Shown here: positions 50,157 through 60,231 of the stretch, piece after piece
Layout of the letters: the number at the start of each line of letters is the position of its first letter
How positions within the stretch are numbered: position 1 is the first letter of the stretch
Assembly (NCBI GenBank): GCA_026984775.1
Contig: JALSRM010000037.1
Location: 49,604 to 113,603 of the forward strand
From: Gammaproteobacteria bacterium
Lineage (GTDB): Bacteria > Pseudomonadota > Gammaproteobacteria > CAJXQU01
Length of the DNA stretch: 64,000 bases
Reading direction: 5' to 3'
Translations under genes and position numbers: made by a program
Notes under the pieces: model-generated
Databases searched by the model: none
What the model was told of the DNA's origin: nothing
Seen by the model: the letters and a program-made list of their open reading frames with translations, nothing else

Positions 50157-50651
50157 TCAGGTTTTGCGGCCCCGATAGATGAGGTTGGAACGTTTCTTTC
50201 TTCCGCTCTTTTTATTCAAGGTGGATGCAGTGGATACTTTTTGTCCCCGATAGGTCAGATCGGGCGATGCAGGCGCTTGGTATTCGTCTGTTGGTTTGTC
50301 CTCTAGTTTCAGCATTTTCATCGCCAGATTGGTGACCAACTTTAGAGAGACGAAGTTGACCCCCGCATCGCCCAGTACAGCGAGAATGAAATCCATATCT
50401 TCCTTGCGGTGACTTTTTCTGAAATAGAGGTTTTTTTTGTCAAATTTGAGAATGAAGTCCGAACAATTTTGAAAGTTGTCTGCGATGACATCGTACATCA
50501 TCAGAATACGCTGAGGGAGTTTCTGTAGCATGGCTTGATCCGTGTATTGTGGCATCTGTTCAAAATAGACCTCGCCTTCGAGATCAAAGACCAATAGGCC
50601 TTCTACTTTGGGCGTATCAAGGATGGCATCAATGGTTTTTTGAAAGCTCAT
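50157..50651 (-). CDS. Roadblock/LC7-like domain protein with Lys/Arg-rich C-terminal tail
   Basis: VEGLLVFDLEGEVY...DFILAVLGDAGVNFVSLKLV fits the Roadblock-like pattern; 4-bp overlap with the upstream gene; tail KKSGRKKRSNLIYRGRKT. Confidence 0.45.
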   Translation of the reverse strand: MSFQKTIDAILDTPKVEGLLVFDLEGEVYFEQMPQYTDQAMLQKLPQRILMMYDVIADNFQNCSDFILKFDKKNLYFRKSHRKEDMDFILAVLGDAGVNFVSLKLVTNLAMKMLKLEDKPTDEYQAPASPDLTYRGQKVSTASTLNKKSGRKKRSNLIYRGRKT

Positions 50652-51019
50652 GATTTCGCCGTTTTATACTTGGCCAGGAATTCGTTAGGGTTAGTGTCTT
50701 TATCGAAAAGGATGCCTACGGTTTCCTTTCTCCCGGGCATACAGACTGCGGTCAGCTCGTCACAGACGATGTGGATCTCATCCAGTTTCTCCAGGCCAAA
50801 AGTCTCTCCGATCAGTTCGGTGATTTGGTTGAAGTAGATGAGGACTTCACCAAACCGTTCAGCAATTTCGTCCGAGGCGACGTTTTGCGTGCCGTCATTA
50901 CGGATTGCGACCCAGCCCTGAATCGCAGGGTGGGAAAGTAACTGACTTTTGGTCTCATTTTTATTGATATTTTGAACTTTACTCATGCTGTCAGCATAAA
51001 CCTTATTCGTCTGTGACAC
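50648..51019 (-). CDS. Roadblock/LC7-like domain protein
   Basis: [19 protein letters not shown]...[40 protein letters not shown] fits the Roadblock/LC7 pattern; 17-bp overlap with the ilvD 3' end. Confidence 0.5.
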   Translation of the reverse strand: MSQTNKVYADSMSKVQNINKNETKSQLLSHPAIQGWVAIRNDGTQNVASDEIAERFGEVLIYFNQITELIGETFGLEKLDEIHIVCDELTAVCMPGRKETVGILFDKDTNPNEFLAKYKTAKS

Positions 51020-52679
51020 AGCCCTCAGAGGCGGTTTTTACGGTTTTTATAAATTTATACAGAGTGCCACGGGTAACCTTGTAGGGTGGTTGGACCCACG
51101 CTTTTCTTCTTTTATCCATTTCCTCATCGGAAATTTCAAGATCAATGCGGTTTGTTTCTGCATTTATGGTAATCAAATCGCCATTTTCAACCAGTGCAAT
51201 GGGCCCACCTTCCTGCGCTTCAGGGACGATATGGCCAACGATGAAACCGTGTGACCCTCCCGAAAAGCGGCCGTCAGTCAGTAACGCAACATCGGCACCG
51301 AGTCCTGCGCCCATAATGGCCGACGTGGGGGTCAGCATTTCAGGCATTCCAGGTCCACCTTTTGGTCCTTCATAGCGAATGATGACGACATCACCTTTTT
51401 CGATGGCCTTGTTTTCCAGAGCAGCCAACATCTCTTCCTCTGAGTCATAAACCTTCGCTGGGCCACGAAACATCAGTCCTTCCTTGCCAGTGATCTTGGC
51501 CACAGAGCCGCCGGGAGCCAAGGAGCCCTTCAAGATACGAAGATGTCCGGTTGGTTTAATCGGGTTATCCAAGGGTCTGATGATTTCCTGGTTTTCCTTC
51601 AGCCCCGGAAGTTCCGCCAGATTCTCGGCTATGGTTTTACCGGTAACGGTCAAGCAGTCTCCGTTGATCATGCCTTCTTCAAGCAGGAATTTCATCACCG
51701 CGGGTGTTCCGCCAATCCGATGTACATCTTCCATCACGTATTTGCCACTTGGCTTGAGATCCGCAAGAAAGGGTGTGCGATCACTGACCGCCTGAAAGTC
51801 ATCGATGGTGAGCTCAACATCAACGGAGCGGGCCATGGCGATCAGGTGCAGCACTGCATTGGTGGAGCCTCCCAGGACAGTCAACAAGACCATCGCATTT
51901 TCAAAGGCTTCCCGGGTCATGATGTCACGTGGCCGGATATCTTTCTCCAGCAACAGGCTGATGGCTTCACCTGCGAGGCGGCATTCATCCAGCTTTGCCG
52001 GGTCTTCGGCTGGGGTTGAAGAGCTGTAGGGCAGGGCCATCCCCATGGCTTCGATGGCTGAGGCCATGGTATTTGCAGTGTACATGCCTCCGCATGCACC
52101 CGCACCTGGACAGGCATTTCTGACGATTTTCTGTCGGGTCTCCTCGTCGATGTGCCCGCTGATGTATTCGCCGTAGCTTTGGAATGCAGAAACGATATCT
52201 AATGTTTTGCTGTTGCAGTGTCCAGGTTTGATTGTGCCACCATAGACCATCAAGGAGGGGCGGTTCAGGCGACCCATGGCGATCATCACGCCGGGCATGT
52301 TTTTATCGCAGCCAGGGATCGAAATATTGGCATCGTACCACTGAGCAGACATGACGGTCTCGATGGAGTCTGCGATGAGATCACGGGACTGCAGCGAATA
52401 GCTCATACCTTCGGTACCCATGGAGATTCCGTCACTGACACCGATTGTATTGAAACGCATACCCACCAGCCCAGCAGCGACGACACCCTCCTTGACCTTT
52501 GCCGAGAGATCGAGCAGATGCATATTGCAGGGGTTGCCTTCGTACCAGACACTTGCTATACCCACCTCGGGTTTGTTCATATCTTCTTCGGAAAGGCCGG
52601 TTGCGTAGAGCATGGCCTGGGAGGCACCTTGTGATTTGGGTTGGGTAATTCGTGAACTGAATTTGTTCTTCTGAGTCAT
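51003..52679 (-). CDS. ilvD: Dihydroxy-acid dehydratase
   Basis: 558 aa; the Fe-S Cys ligands (CNMHL, CDKNMPG, CPGAGAC) and overall IlvD/EDD family sequence. Confidence 0.95.
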   Translation of the reverse strand: MTQKNKFSSRITQPKSQGASQAMLYATGLSEEDMNKPEVGIASVWYEGNPCNMHLLDLSAKVKEGVVAAGLVGMRFNTIGVSDGISMGTEGMSYSLQSRDLIADSIETVMSAQWYDANISIPGCDKNMPGVMIAMGRLNRPSLMVYGGTIKPGHCNSKTLDIVSAFQSYGEYISGHIDEETRQKIVRNACPGAGACGGMYTANTMASAIEAMGMALPYSSSTPAEDPAKLDECRLAGEAISLLLEKDIRPRDIMTREAFENAMVLLTVLGGSTNAVLHLIAMARSVDVELTIDDFQAVSDRTPFLADLKPSGKYVMEDVHRIGGTPAVMKFLLEEGMINGDCLTVTGKTIAENLAELPGLKENQEIIRPLDNPIKPTGHLRILKGSLAPGGSVAKITGKEGLMFRGPAKVYDSEEEMLAALENKAIEKGDVVIIRYEGPKGGPGMPEMLTPTSAIMGAGLGADVALLTDGRFSGGSHGFIVGHIVPEAQEGGPIALVENGDLITINAETNRIDLEISDEEMDKRRKAWVQPPYKVTRGTLYKFIKTVKTASEGCVTDE

Positions 52680-52684
52680 AGTTT

Positions 52685-52697
52685 CAACTTGTCAAGT
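52685..52697. promoter_or_regulatory. 13-bp palindrome AACTTGTCAAGTT in the ilvD/arsS divergent intergenic region
   Basis: Read directly from the sequence. Confidence 0.25.
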
Positions 52698-52770
52698 TTC
52701 ATTATTGTGAAAACCGGCAGGATACTATAAGCCTGTTGAAATTTCAGTTTTTCGAATACACTGTGCAACC

Positions 52771-53724
52771 ATGCATGATACTCTGCCTTTTTTGAAAACT
52801 ACCGACTTCCCTACCATCCGCCGCGGGATGCTCGAGTCCTTGCAGGTCAATCTGGGCTATCGCTGTAACCAGACTTGCCTACACTGTCACGTCAACGCAG
52901 GCCCAAGAAGGACGGAAATGATGTCCCGCAAAACGGTCGATGCGATCATCGATTTTTTGCGACGTGGAAGGATCCAAACCCTGGACCTGACAGGGGGGGC
53001 TCCTGAAATGAACCGGTATTTCCGTGATCTTGTAACTGCAGCAAGGGAAATGGACATCACCATTATCGACCGCTGCAATCTGACCATCCTCCTGGAACCG
53101 GGGTATGAGTCCCTCGCCGTGTTTCTGGCGGAAAATGGTGTTGAGATCAATGCCTCCTTGCCCTGTTACCTGGAAGAAAATGTGGATCGGCAAAGGGGAG
53201 ATGGTGTTTTTACCACAAGTATTCGGGCGATCAGAAGGCTCAACGAACTGGGGTATGGCCATCCTGGAACGGATCTCAGGTTGAATCTTGTCTACAACCC
53301 CCAAGGCCCGACCTTGCCGCCATCCCAGAACTCACTCGAGACAGCTTATCGACAACACCTGCTTGATAACTACGGTATTCATTTCAATCAATTACTCGTT
53401 ATCACCAATATGCCCATCCAGCGCTTCGGTAGTACCCTGATCAGCAAAGGTCAGTTCGAATCCTACATGCAACTGTTGCGAGAAAACCACAAAGAGGAAA
53501 ATTTACAGTCTGTGATGTGTCGCAGCCTGTTGAGTGTGGACTGGCAGGGCTACGTCTATGATTGTGACTTCAACCAAATGCTGAAGATCCCGATGCCGCA
53601 CGGGAAACGTCATATCAGTGAAATCAAGGTCGAAGAGACAGAAGGTATGCCAATCACAGTCCTTGATCACTGCTATGCCTGCACGGCCGGACAGGGCAGC
53701 AGCTGTGGAGGTGCCCTGGATTAG
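52771..53724 (+). CDS. arsS: Arsenosugar biosynthesis radical SAM protein (TIGR04167 radical SAM/Cys-rich domain)
   Basis: CxxxCxxC (CNQTCLHC) radical SAM motif near the N-terminus; C-terminal Cys-rich tail (CDFNQ..., HCYACTAGQGSSCGG); followed by arsM and the two signature glycosyltransferases. Confidence 0.8.
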   Translation: MHDTLPFLKTTDFPTIRRGMLESLQVNLGYRCNQTCLHCHVNAGPRRTEMMSRKTVDAIIDFLRRGRIQTLDLTGGAPEMNRYFRDLVTAAREMDITIIDRCNLTILLEPGYESLAVFLAENGVEINASLPCYLEENVDRQRGDGVFTTSIRAIRRLNELGYGHPGTDLRLNLVYNPQGPTLPPSQNSLETAYRQHLLDNYGIHFNQLLVITNMPIQRFGSTLISKGQFESYMQLLRENHKEENLQSVMCRSLLSVDWQGYVYDCDFNQMLKIPMPHGKRHISEIKVEETEGMPITVLDHCYACTAGQGSSCGGALD

Positions 53725-53736
53725 AAAAAGGAAAAA

Positions 53737-54867
53737 GTGATAAATATGAATAAAGAAGCAAGTGTACTTGAGCGTTATTCCGAGGGTGCGCAGGAACAGC
53801 AACCGGAACTTTGTTGCCCGGTGGATTATGACCGATCGTTGTTAGCTCTCCTGCCGCAAGAGATCATTGAAAAGGATTATGGCTGCGGAGATCCCTCCCG
53901 CTATGTGAAAGAAGGGGACGTGGTGCTCGATCTAGGCTCAGGATCGGGCAAGATCTGCTATATGGCGGCTCAACTCACCGGTGAGGCCGGACGAGTCATC
54001 GGCGTCGATATGAATGATGACATGCTTGACCTGGCACGCAAGTACAAACCGGAAATGGCAAAGAAGCTGGGATCTGATCGGGTTGAGTTCCTCAAAGGAC
54101 AGATCCAGGATCTGGCACTGGACTTGACCGCGACAGAGGCGTACCTGGCTAATCATCCGGTGACCGATTTCCGCAGTCTTAGCGAGTTTAAAGCCTGGCA
54201 GGAGAAACAGAGAAGAGAAAAACCATTGATCCCATCGGATTCTATCGATCTTGTGGTTTCCAACTGTGTGCTCAACTTGGTGGATGATCAAGAGAAACAG
54301 CAGATGATCGAGGAAATTTTCAGGGTGACAAAACCAGGTGGCCGAATCGCCATCTCAGACATCGTCAGCGACGAACCCAGCCCGGAGAGCATGAAAACTG
54401 ATCCCGAACTTTGGAGTGGCTGTATTTCCGGAGCCATGACCGAGCAGGCGTTTTTGCAGGCCTTTATCGATGCCGGTTTCGCTGCCGTCAAACTGGATAA
54501 GTGGGGTAATGAACCTTGGCGGACGGTTGAGGGCATCGAATTCCGTGCGGTAACGGTGACGGCTTGCAAGCCAGAAAACAGCAAATGCCTGGACTATGGC
54601 CATGCCGTGGTCTACCGTGGACCCTTCCGTGAGGTGCATGATGACGAAGGGCATGTCTTCCCTCGTGGTGAACGCATTGCCGTCTGTGAACGAAGTTACC
54701 GGCTGTTGATGGGTGGTTTCTATGCGGATCAGTTCATTGGTATCGCCCCTAGAAAGCAATCTTCACCACGCGCCTGGTGTCATCCTTCAGGCACACGTCG
54801 ATCACCTGCAGAAACAAAGGGTGGTCGTCATGAAGGTAGTACCAGTGATGCATCATGTTGTTGAGCC
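53737..54867 (+). CDS. arsM: Arsenite S-adenosylmethionine methyltransferase
   Basis: SAM motif VLDLGSGSGK; conserved Cys pairs (ELCCPVDYD, YGCGDP, SGC); the C-terminal 40 aa look unusual (possible length variation). Confidence 0.75.
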
Positions 54868-54878
54868 TGGTCTGAAAC

Positions 54879-55580
54879 ATGCTAATCGAGGGTCCTGAAC
54901 TTTCCATCATTCTCCCGGTATGGAATGAAGAACCGTTGATCGGAGCGTGCCTGTTCAGACTGCAATCGCTCCGCAAACGGGGCGTGGAGATCGTTGTTGC
55001 CGACGGGGGCAGCAGCGACAGAACGGTCTCTCTCGCCGAGCCGCTCTGTGATCATCTGGTTTGCTCGACGAAGGGACGCGCCACACAGATGAATACCGGG
55101 GCAAGGGTGGCAACCGGCCGTATTCTGCTTTTTCTGCATGTGGATACGGAACTCCCTGCCAATGCCTATGAGGAGATCCTTTCTGCCATGGAGTTACCGC
55201 ATCTTTGGGGGCGGTTTGATGTGAAGCTCACCGGTTCGCATTTCATGTTCCGGTTCATTGAACACATGATGAATCTGCGATCCGGTCTGACTGGGATCGC
55301 GACGGGTGATCAGGCCATTTTTGTCACCAGGGCCGCCTTTGAGCAGGTGGGTGGATTCCCTGATCAGCCATTGATGGAAGATATTGAGATAAGCCGAAGG
55401 TTGAAAAAATTGGCGTTCCCGGTCAGTCTCAAATCGCGAGTGATCACCTCCAGTCGCCGTTGGGAAGAGAATGGCATCTATACAACTGTTCTGTTGATGT
55501 GGTGGTTGCGTTTTCTCTATTTCATAGGGGCACACCCGCGGGTGCTGCATAAGATGTACGAAAAAAAGGCTCAGGCTTGA
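54879..55580 (+). CDS. Family-2 glycosyltransferase of the rSAM/ArsS-associated type (TIGR04283-like)
   Basis: GT-A fold N-terminus LSIILPVWNEE...VVADGGSSDRT; DxD-like VDTE; position in the arsS cluster. Confidence 0.7.
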   Translation: MLIEGPELSIILPVWNEEPLIGACLFRLQSLRKRGVEIVVADGGSSDRTVSLAEPLCDHLVCSTKGRATQMNTGARVATGRILLFLHVDTELPANAYEEILSAMELPHLWGRFDVKLTGSHFMFRFIEHMMNLRSGLTGIATGDQAIFVTRAAFEQVGGFPDQPLMEDIEISRRLKKLAFPVSLKSRVITSSRRWEENGIYTTVLLMWWLRFLYFIGAHPRVLHKMYEKKAQA

Positions 55581-55593
55581 GAGAGGATTCCCT

Positions 55594-56382
55594 ATGGATA
55601 TGAGCTATCGCCTAGGTGCTTTTCTCGGCATGTTTTTCATTATCGCCCTATGGGAATTCCTCAGCCCACGGCGAGATGAAGATCAGCAACGTAGCCGGCG
55701 CTGGCCGGTGAATCTTGGATTGGTGACCTTGAATTCGATTCTAGTCAGGTTTACGGTCGGCGGGTTGATCTATCAAAGTGCCCTGTTAGCCCAACAAAAT
55801 CATATCGGCCTATTGAACTGGGCTGGAAGCGGCAGTGGCTGGAATTTGGTCATGACTTTGATCATGCTCGATCTCACCATCTATGGCCAGCATGTTGCTT
55901 CTCACAAAATCCCCTTGCTGTGGAAATTGCATCAGGTACACCACACGGATCCTGTTTACGACACGACCACTGGTGTTCGTTTTCACCCACTGGAGATCTT
56001 TTTCTCCTTGGGAGTGAAGGTGGTGGCTGTGTTTTTGATTGGAGCGGATCCATTCGCAGTGATCCTGTTTGAAGTGATTTTGAACACCAGCGCTGTCTTC
56101 AATCATGGCAATATCGCGCTTCCTCTTCATGTGGATCGTTATCTGAGAAAAATCGTCGTGACGCCTGACATGCACCGTGTGCATCACTCGGTCTATCGAG
56201 AGGAGACCGACAGCAATTACGGGTTCGCGCTTTCCGTTTGGGATCGGCTGTTTGGAACATATCGCGATCAGCCCCGTGACGGGCATGAGAAAATGCGTAT
56301 TGGTTTACCTTATGCCAGAGGGAAAGAGGCTATCACCCTGTCAGGTGTCATCACCATGCCCCTGCACTATCCACCCAAATGA
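55594..56382 (+). CDS. Fatty acid hydroxylase / sterol desaturase superfamily membrane protein
   Basis: Histidine boxes HVASHK, HQVHHTD, HRVHHS within TM-rich protein. Confidence 0.75.
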   Translation: MDMSYRLGAFLGMFFIIALWEFLSPRRDEDQQRSRRWPVNLGLVTLNSILVRFTVGGLIYQSALLAQQNHIGLLNWAGSGSGWNLVMTLIMLDLTIYGQHVASHKIPLLWKLHQVHHTDPVYDTTTGVRFHPLEIFFSLGVKVVAVFLIGADPFAVILFEVILNTSAVFNHGNIALPLHVDRYLRKIVVTPDMHRVHHSVYREETDSNYGFALSVWDRLFGTYRDQPRDGHEKMRIGLPYARGKEAITLSGVITMPLHYPPK

Positions 56383-56999
56383 GGTATCCAGACTCACGGA
56401 TACTGATCTTTTGCAAGGCACCGGTTCCCGGCAAGGTCAAAACCCGGCTTTTGGAAACACTCCGCCCGGAACAGGCCACTCGACTGCATGAACACCTTGC
56501 CATAAAAACTATCGAAACCGCCATTGGCAGTGAACTCTGTCCTGTGGAGATCTGGTGTCACCCCAACCCTGATCATCCTTTTTTCCAGAACCTCTCCGGG
56601 GTTTCAGCGTTCTACGCACAAGAAGGGGAAAATCTGGGTGAACGTATGTATGGCGCCTTGGTTTCCGTACTGGAGCGAGCTGATGCGGCAGTTCTCATCG
56701 GTACCGATTCACCTTCATTGACACAAGGGCTTTTGATGCAGGCATTGGCAGCACTCCATGCCGATCATGATCTCGTCATCGCTCCGGCAGAAGATGGTGG
56801 TTATACTCTCATTGGTATGAAGCAACCTGTTCAGTCATTATTTGAAGATCTCCAGTGGGGTACAGCTAAAGTCATGGAACAGACTCGGGAGAGAATCATG
56901 AAGGCTGGTCTCTCATACCTTGTACTCCCATTGCAGTGGGACGTAGATGATCCACATGACCTTCGACGTCTGATTGACCTTGGCGAGTTTTCGATTTAA
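56379..56999 (+). CDS. DUF2064 glycosyltransferase-like protein of the rSAM/ArsS-associated type (TIGR04282-like)
   Basis: ILIFCKAPVPGKVKTRL N-terminus typical of DUF2064; 4-bp overlap with the hydroxylase gene. Confidence 0.7.
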   Translation: MRYPDSRILIFCKAPVPGKVKTRLLETLRPEQATRLHEHLAIKTIETAIGSELCPVEIWCHPNPDHPFFQNLSGVSAFYAQEGENLGERMYGALVSVLERADAAVLIGTDSPSLTQGLLMQALAALHADHDLVIAPAEDGGYTLIGMKQPVQSLFEDLQWGTAKVMEQTRERIMKAGLSYLVLPLQWDVDDPHDLRRLIDLGEFSI

Positions 57000-57347
57000 C
57001 TTTTTTCGTTATGATAAAACACTGTATGAGATAAATAATTTATCAAGCCTGTGAGCTGTGGCTCAGCCACTATTTGCCATGATCCGTTATTCTAGTCAGA
57101 AATCTGAATCCAGTCAGGGATAACAAGGTGGCCATTCTACAATTACTCTTCTAGGGTATCCCATAACAACATATGGAAGGCAATGGGTTTTTAGAAATTG
57201 ATAACCGGTAAAAGATGAGTTCGATTGTGCCTGGGTCGGAAAACGGTTTGGATAAAGACCATTTGTGGTCATCATAATCATGGAGAATACTAATTTCTGG
57301 TAGTAGTTATCGTGTAGGAAGAGAGCAAGGCATGACAATGCCGGAGC

Positions 57348-58546
57348 GTGGTATGTGAATTGATCAGCATCAAAACTGGCCCATTGAGCTATGTCCATGG
57401 AAAATTAACAATAAGATGTCAGGATATCAAAGATATTGAATCATCATGGCGATTGCTGGAGGACCAGGAGGGTATCTCTGTCTATCAGTTTTGGGACTGG
57501 TATCTTGCTTGGTATCAGGACCTTGCTGTTCCAAGGATAGCGCAAGGAATTTTTCACCGGTTTTAATAACAGTCTTTGATGCAGAACAAACGGTTGCTGT
57601 TTTCCCTTTCTGCCTTCGGATTTGTAAAGGAATACGTATGCTTTCTTGGATGGCAGATAATCATTTAATTATATAGAACCTTTACTTGAATCGAGAAAGA
57701 TTTCTCTTACTTTGGAATAAAATCGAACAATTGATACCCGAGTATCATGTACTCTGGTTACAGAATCAGCGGACAGAGATCTTTGGACTGACCACACCAT
57801 TTCAATGAATTGGGAATCTACCATCAGCTAACTCAAGTCACTTACTTGTATTTGAGGAACATAACTGGGATGAGTTGCTAAAGTCTTTGCGCAGAAAATC
57901 GACACGAAAAAGGATGCGAAATGAAGAAAATCGTCTCAAAAGGCAAGGGAATTTGATGTGGAGATTTATTGATCAACCAGACGAGCTTACCCATAATCTC
58001 AATATACTTTTCACTCAAAGAGAGGAACGATTCAAGGGTCTCGGGATAAATGTTGAAAAAGAGATCAGGCAATACAGAAGATTTTACGAAGGCTTGCTTA
58101 GAAAATCGATTGATGAAAAAAAACAATACTTTATCCCTCATGGTGATTGAACTGGATAACGTGGTATTGGCGACATTGTTGATTGGAGAAAAGAATGGTG
58201 TTATTTATCCGTTGATCAATTCCATGATGAGTTCTGTGACCATCGTTGGTCAGCTGGCGATTATCTTCTGCGTTTATTGATCCAGGAGGCGTGCCGACGG
58301 AAAATAAAGCATATCGACTTTGTTCTGAGTGAAGACCATAATTACAAGACTGCGTGGTGTAACAGTCGGATCGATATTTTTGAAACAATTCACGCCAATG
58401 GCTTGATTGGGAAGTTGGCGGTCTTTCTGATCAAAAATAAAATCAGACTAAAAAGAAAAATCAAACAGTCACCTAAGATGTGGAAAGCCTACGCTATACT
58501 CAGAGCCAGATTATCAAGCTGGAATAACATGAATGCAAAAAGATAG
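57348..58546 (+). pseudogene. Frameshifted/fragmented CelD/BioF2-like GNAT acetyltransferase (Acetyltransf_6 family) pseudogene
   Basis: Pieces in three frames: SWRLLEDQEGISVYQFWDWYLAWYQDL (N-terminus), ITVFDAEQTVAVFPF, RKRMRNEENRLKRQGNLMWRFIDQPDEL...FYEGL, LDNVVLATLLIGEKNGVIYPL, and IQEACRRKIKHIDFVLSEDHNYKTAWCNSRIDIF; these match consecutive conserved blocks of the family but are interrupted by stops and frameshifts and a gap at 57677-57874. Confidence 0.5.
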
Positions 58547-58796
58547 AGTGTTCAAAAACTGGACGTATAAATATACATCAGACTTTCTCCATGGACTTAT
58601 GGTAGCCGGGCATAATCTCTGTTCACTCGATATCTTTTCCGATCAAAAACTTGAGAAACTTATTGAATTACATCCAGATTCCTTGTCCATGGTTTATGCC
58701 ATGCCTGACAAAGTGAGTACTTAGGATAGTTTCCGTGAGGGTGACTTAAGGAGGACACAAGGCAAGGATTTAATTACAGCCGTTGGGGAAGGGCGG

Positions 58797-59478
58797 TTGT
58801 GGGTACAACTACTGAAACTCAATTCGATTCATCCCGAGTTCAAAGAGCTCAAAAAACAGATCGTCTCTGAACTCAAGACAAATATCCCTGGGCTGAAAAT
58901 TTTCGGTTGCCGTCTTTCATTATTAATTTCATCGCCACAGATCCATGTTGGATATCATGCTGATATTCCTCGTAATGCACTGTGGCAGATCAGGGGGTGA
59001 TAAGAGAGTTTATGTCTAGCCTGTTGAAGAGAAGTATATCTCGACAATAGATCTCGGAGGTGTCTATCTAGGAGAAACCCAGGATGTTATCCAATACAGT
59101 CCCGAACTTGATCAAGATGCAACCGAGATCCATCTCAGGACAGGAATGATGGTGACGTGGCCAATCAATGCACCCCACCGTGTTGAGAATACAAGTGAGA
59201 TCAGTATTTCATTGGTGATGGAATATTTTGAACCTGTCGCCTGGTATCGCTATGCTGTTTATTACACCAACGGAATCATGCGACGCCGATTTAGTTTGGC
59301 ACTTAAATCGATAAGGACATCAGGTCCTGTGTTGTGGATGAAAGCGATCTCAAGTGTGAGCTTTAAATTATCCAAAATACAGAAAAAACATCAACACAGA
59401 CGATATCTAACTTTCCGAATCGATCCTCAATCCGAATTTGGCTATTCGGATATCCCAAAGACTGTCAAGGATTACTGA
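58797..59478 (+). pseudogene. Fragmented aspartyl/asparaginyl beta-hydroxylase-like (cupin/2OG oxygenase) gene remnant
   Basis: Two ORF fragments (58797..59000 with HVGYHADIP; 59146..59478 with MVTWPINAPHRVENTSEISISLVMEY) resemble the HxD...H and C-terminal blocks of Asp beta-hydroxylase-family proteins but are separated by stops. Confidence 0.35.
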
Positions 59479-60209
59479 TTAGTCAAAAATTTTTGAACAG
59501 GGACCAACTTTTGTTCATTTTCATTACAGACAAGAATATTTTCATTCTGGTACCAGTCTCCAAGAACGATCCGAGTGGTAGGTTGTCCATCCAGTTCGAA
59601 GTGGTGTATGGCTGGCCTGTGGGTGTGACCATGAATCAGGCGATGGACGTGATGTGTACGCATGAATTGCTCGACTGTTTCCTGTTCCACATCCATGATG
59701 ACAGGTATTTTATCTTTCATCGCTTCCTTACTCGCAGCACGTAGCTGCTTTGCCATGGCAATTCGTTCTTGGAGTGGTTTCTCCAGGAATAGTTTCTGCC
59801 ATTCAGGATCGCGAACGATATAGCGAAATTTCATGTATTCCGTATCATTGGTACAGAGTAGATCGCCGTGCATGAGAAGCGTCTTTTCACCATAAAGCAA
59901 GACGACACTTGGATCTGGCAACAGGGTTGCACCGGTTGCCTCCTCGAATTTATCGCCCATCAGAAAATCCCGATTGCCATGCATGACGAACACCCGAGCT
60001 CCTGCTTCGGAAAGTGATCTCAGAAGTGAAAGTATTTCAGGGTTGGGTGGAGTACTGTCATCATCACCGACCCAATATTCGAAAAGATCGCCAAGGATAT
60101 AAAGTTTGTCTGCATCTTTGGCTGGGCCCGAGATAAACTGTCTGAACAGTTCCAGTTTCTCGGGCCTGTCAGTGCTCAGATGCAGATCAGAGATAAATAG
60201 CGTTGTCAT
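59472..60209 (-). CDS. lpxH: UDP-2,3-diacylglucosamine diphosphatase
   Basis: MTTLFISDLHLS...GDLFEYW..GNRDF, the calcineurin-like metallophosphoesterase motifs of LpxH; lpxH-ppiB-cysS synteny. Confidence 0.9.
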   Translation of the reverse strand: MTTLFISDLHLSTDRPEKLELFRQFISGPAKDADKLYILGDLFEYWVGDDDSTPPNPEILSLLRSLSEAGARVFVMHGNRDFLMGDKFEEATGATLLPDPSVVLLYGEKTLLMHGDLLCTNDTEYMKFRYIVRDPEWQKLFLEKPLQERIAMAKQLRAASKEAMKDKIPVIMDVEQETVEQFMRTHHVHRLIHGHTHRPAIHHFELDGQPTTRIVLGDWYQNENILVCNENEQKLVPVQKFLTNQ

Positions 60210-60231
60210 GTTATTTACGTCTCTGAAAAGA

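Noticed and set aside
52879-53304. 141-aa minus-strand ORF inside arsS
   Set aside because: It is antisense to the radical SAM frame with the CxxxCxxC motif.
57114-57398. 94-aa minus-strand ORF in the decay region
   Set aside because: No RBS or homology. It overlaps the plus-strand fragment matching the acetyltransferase N-terminal block. Likely spurious.
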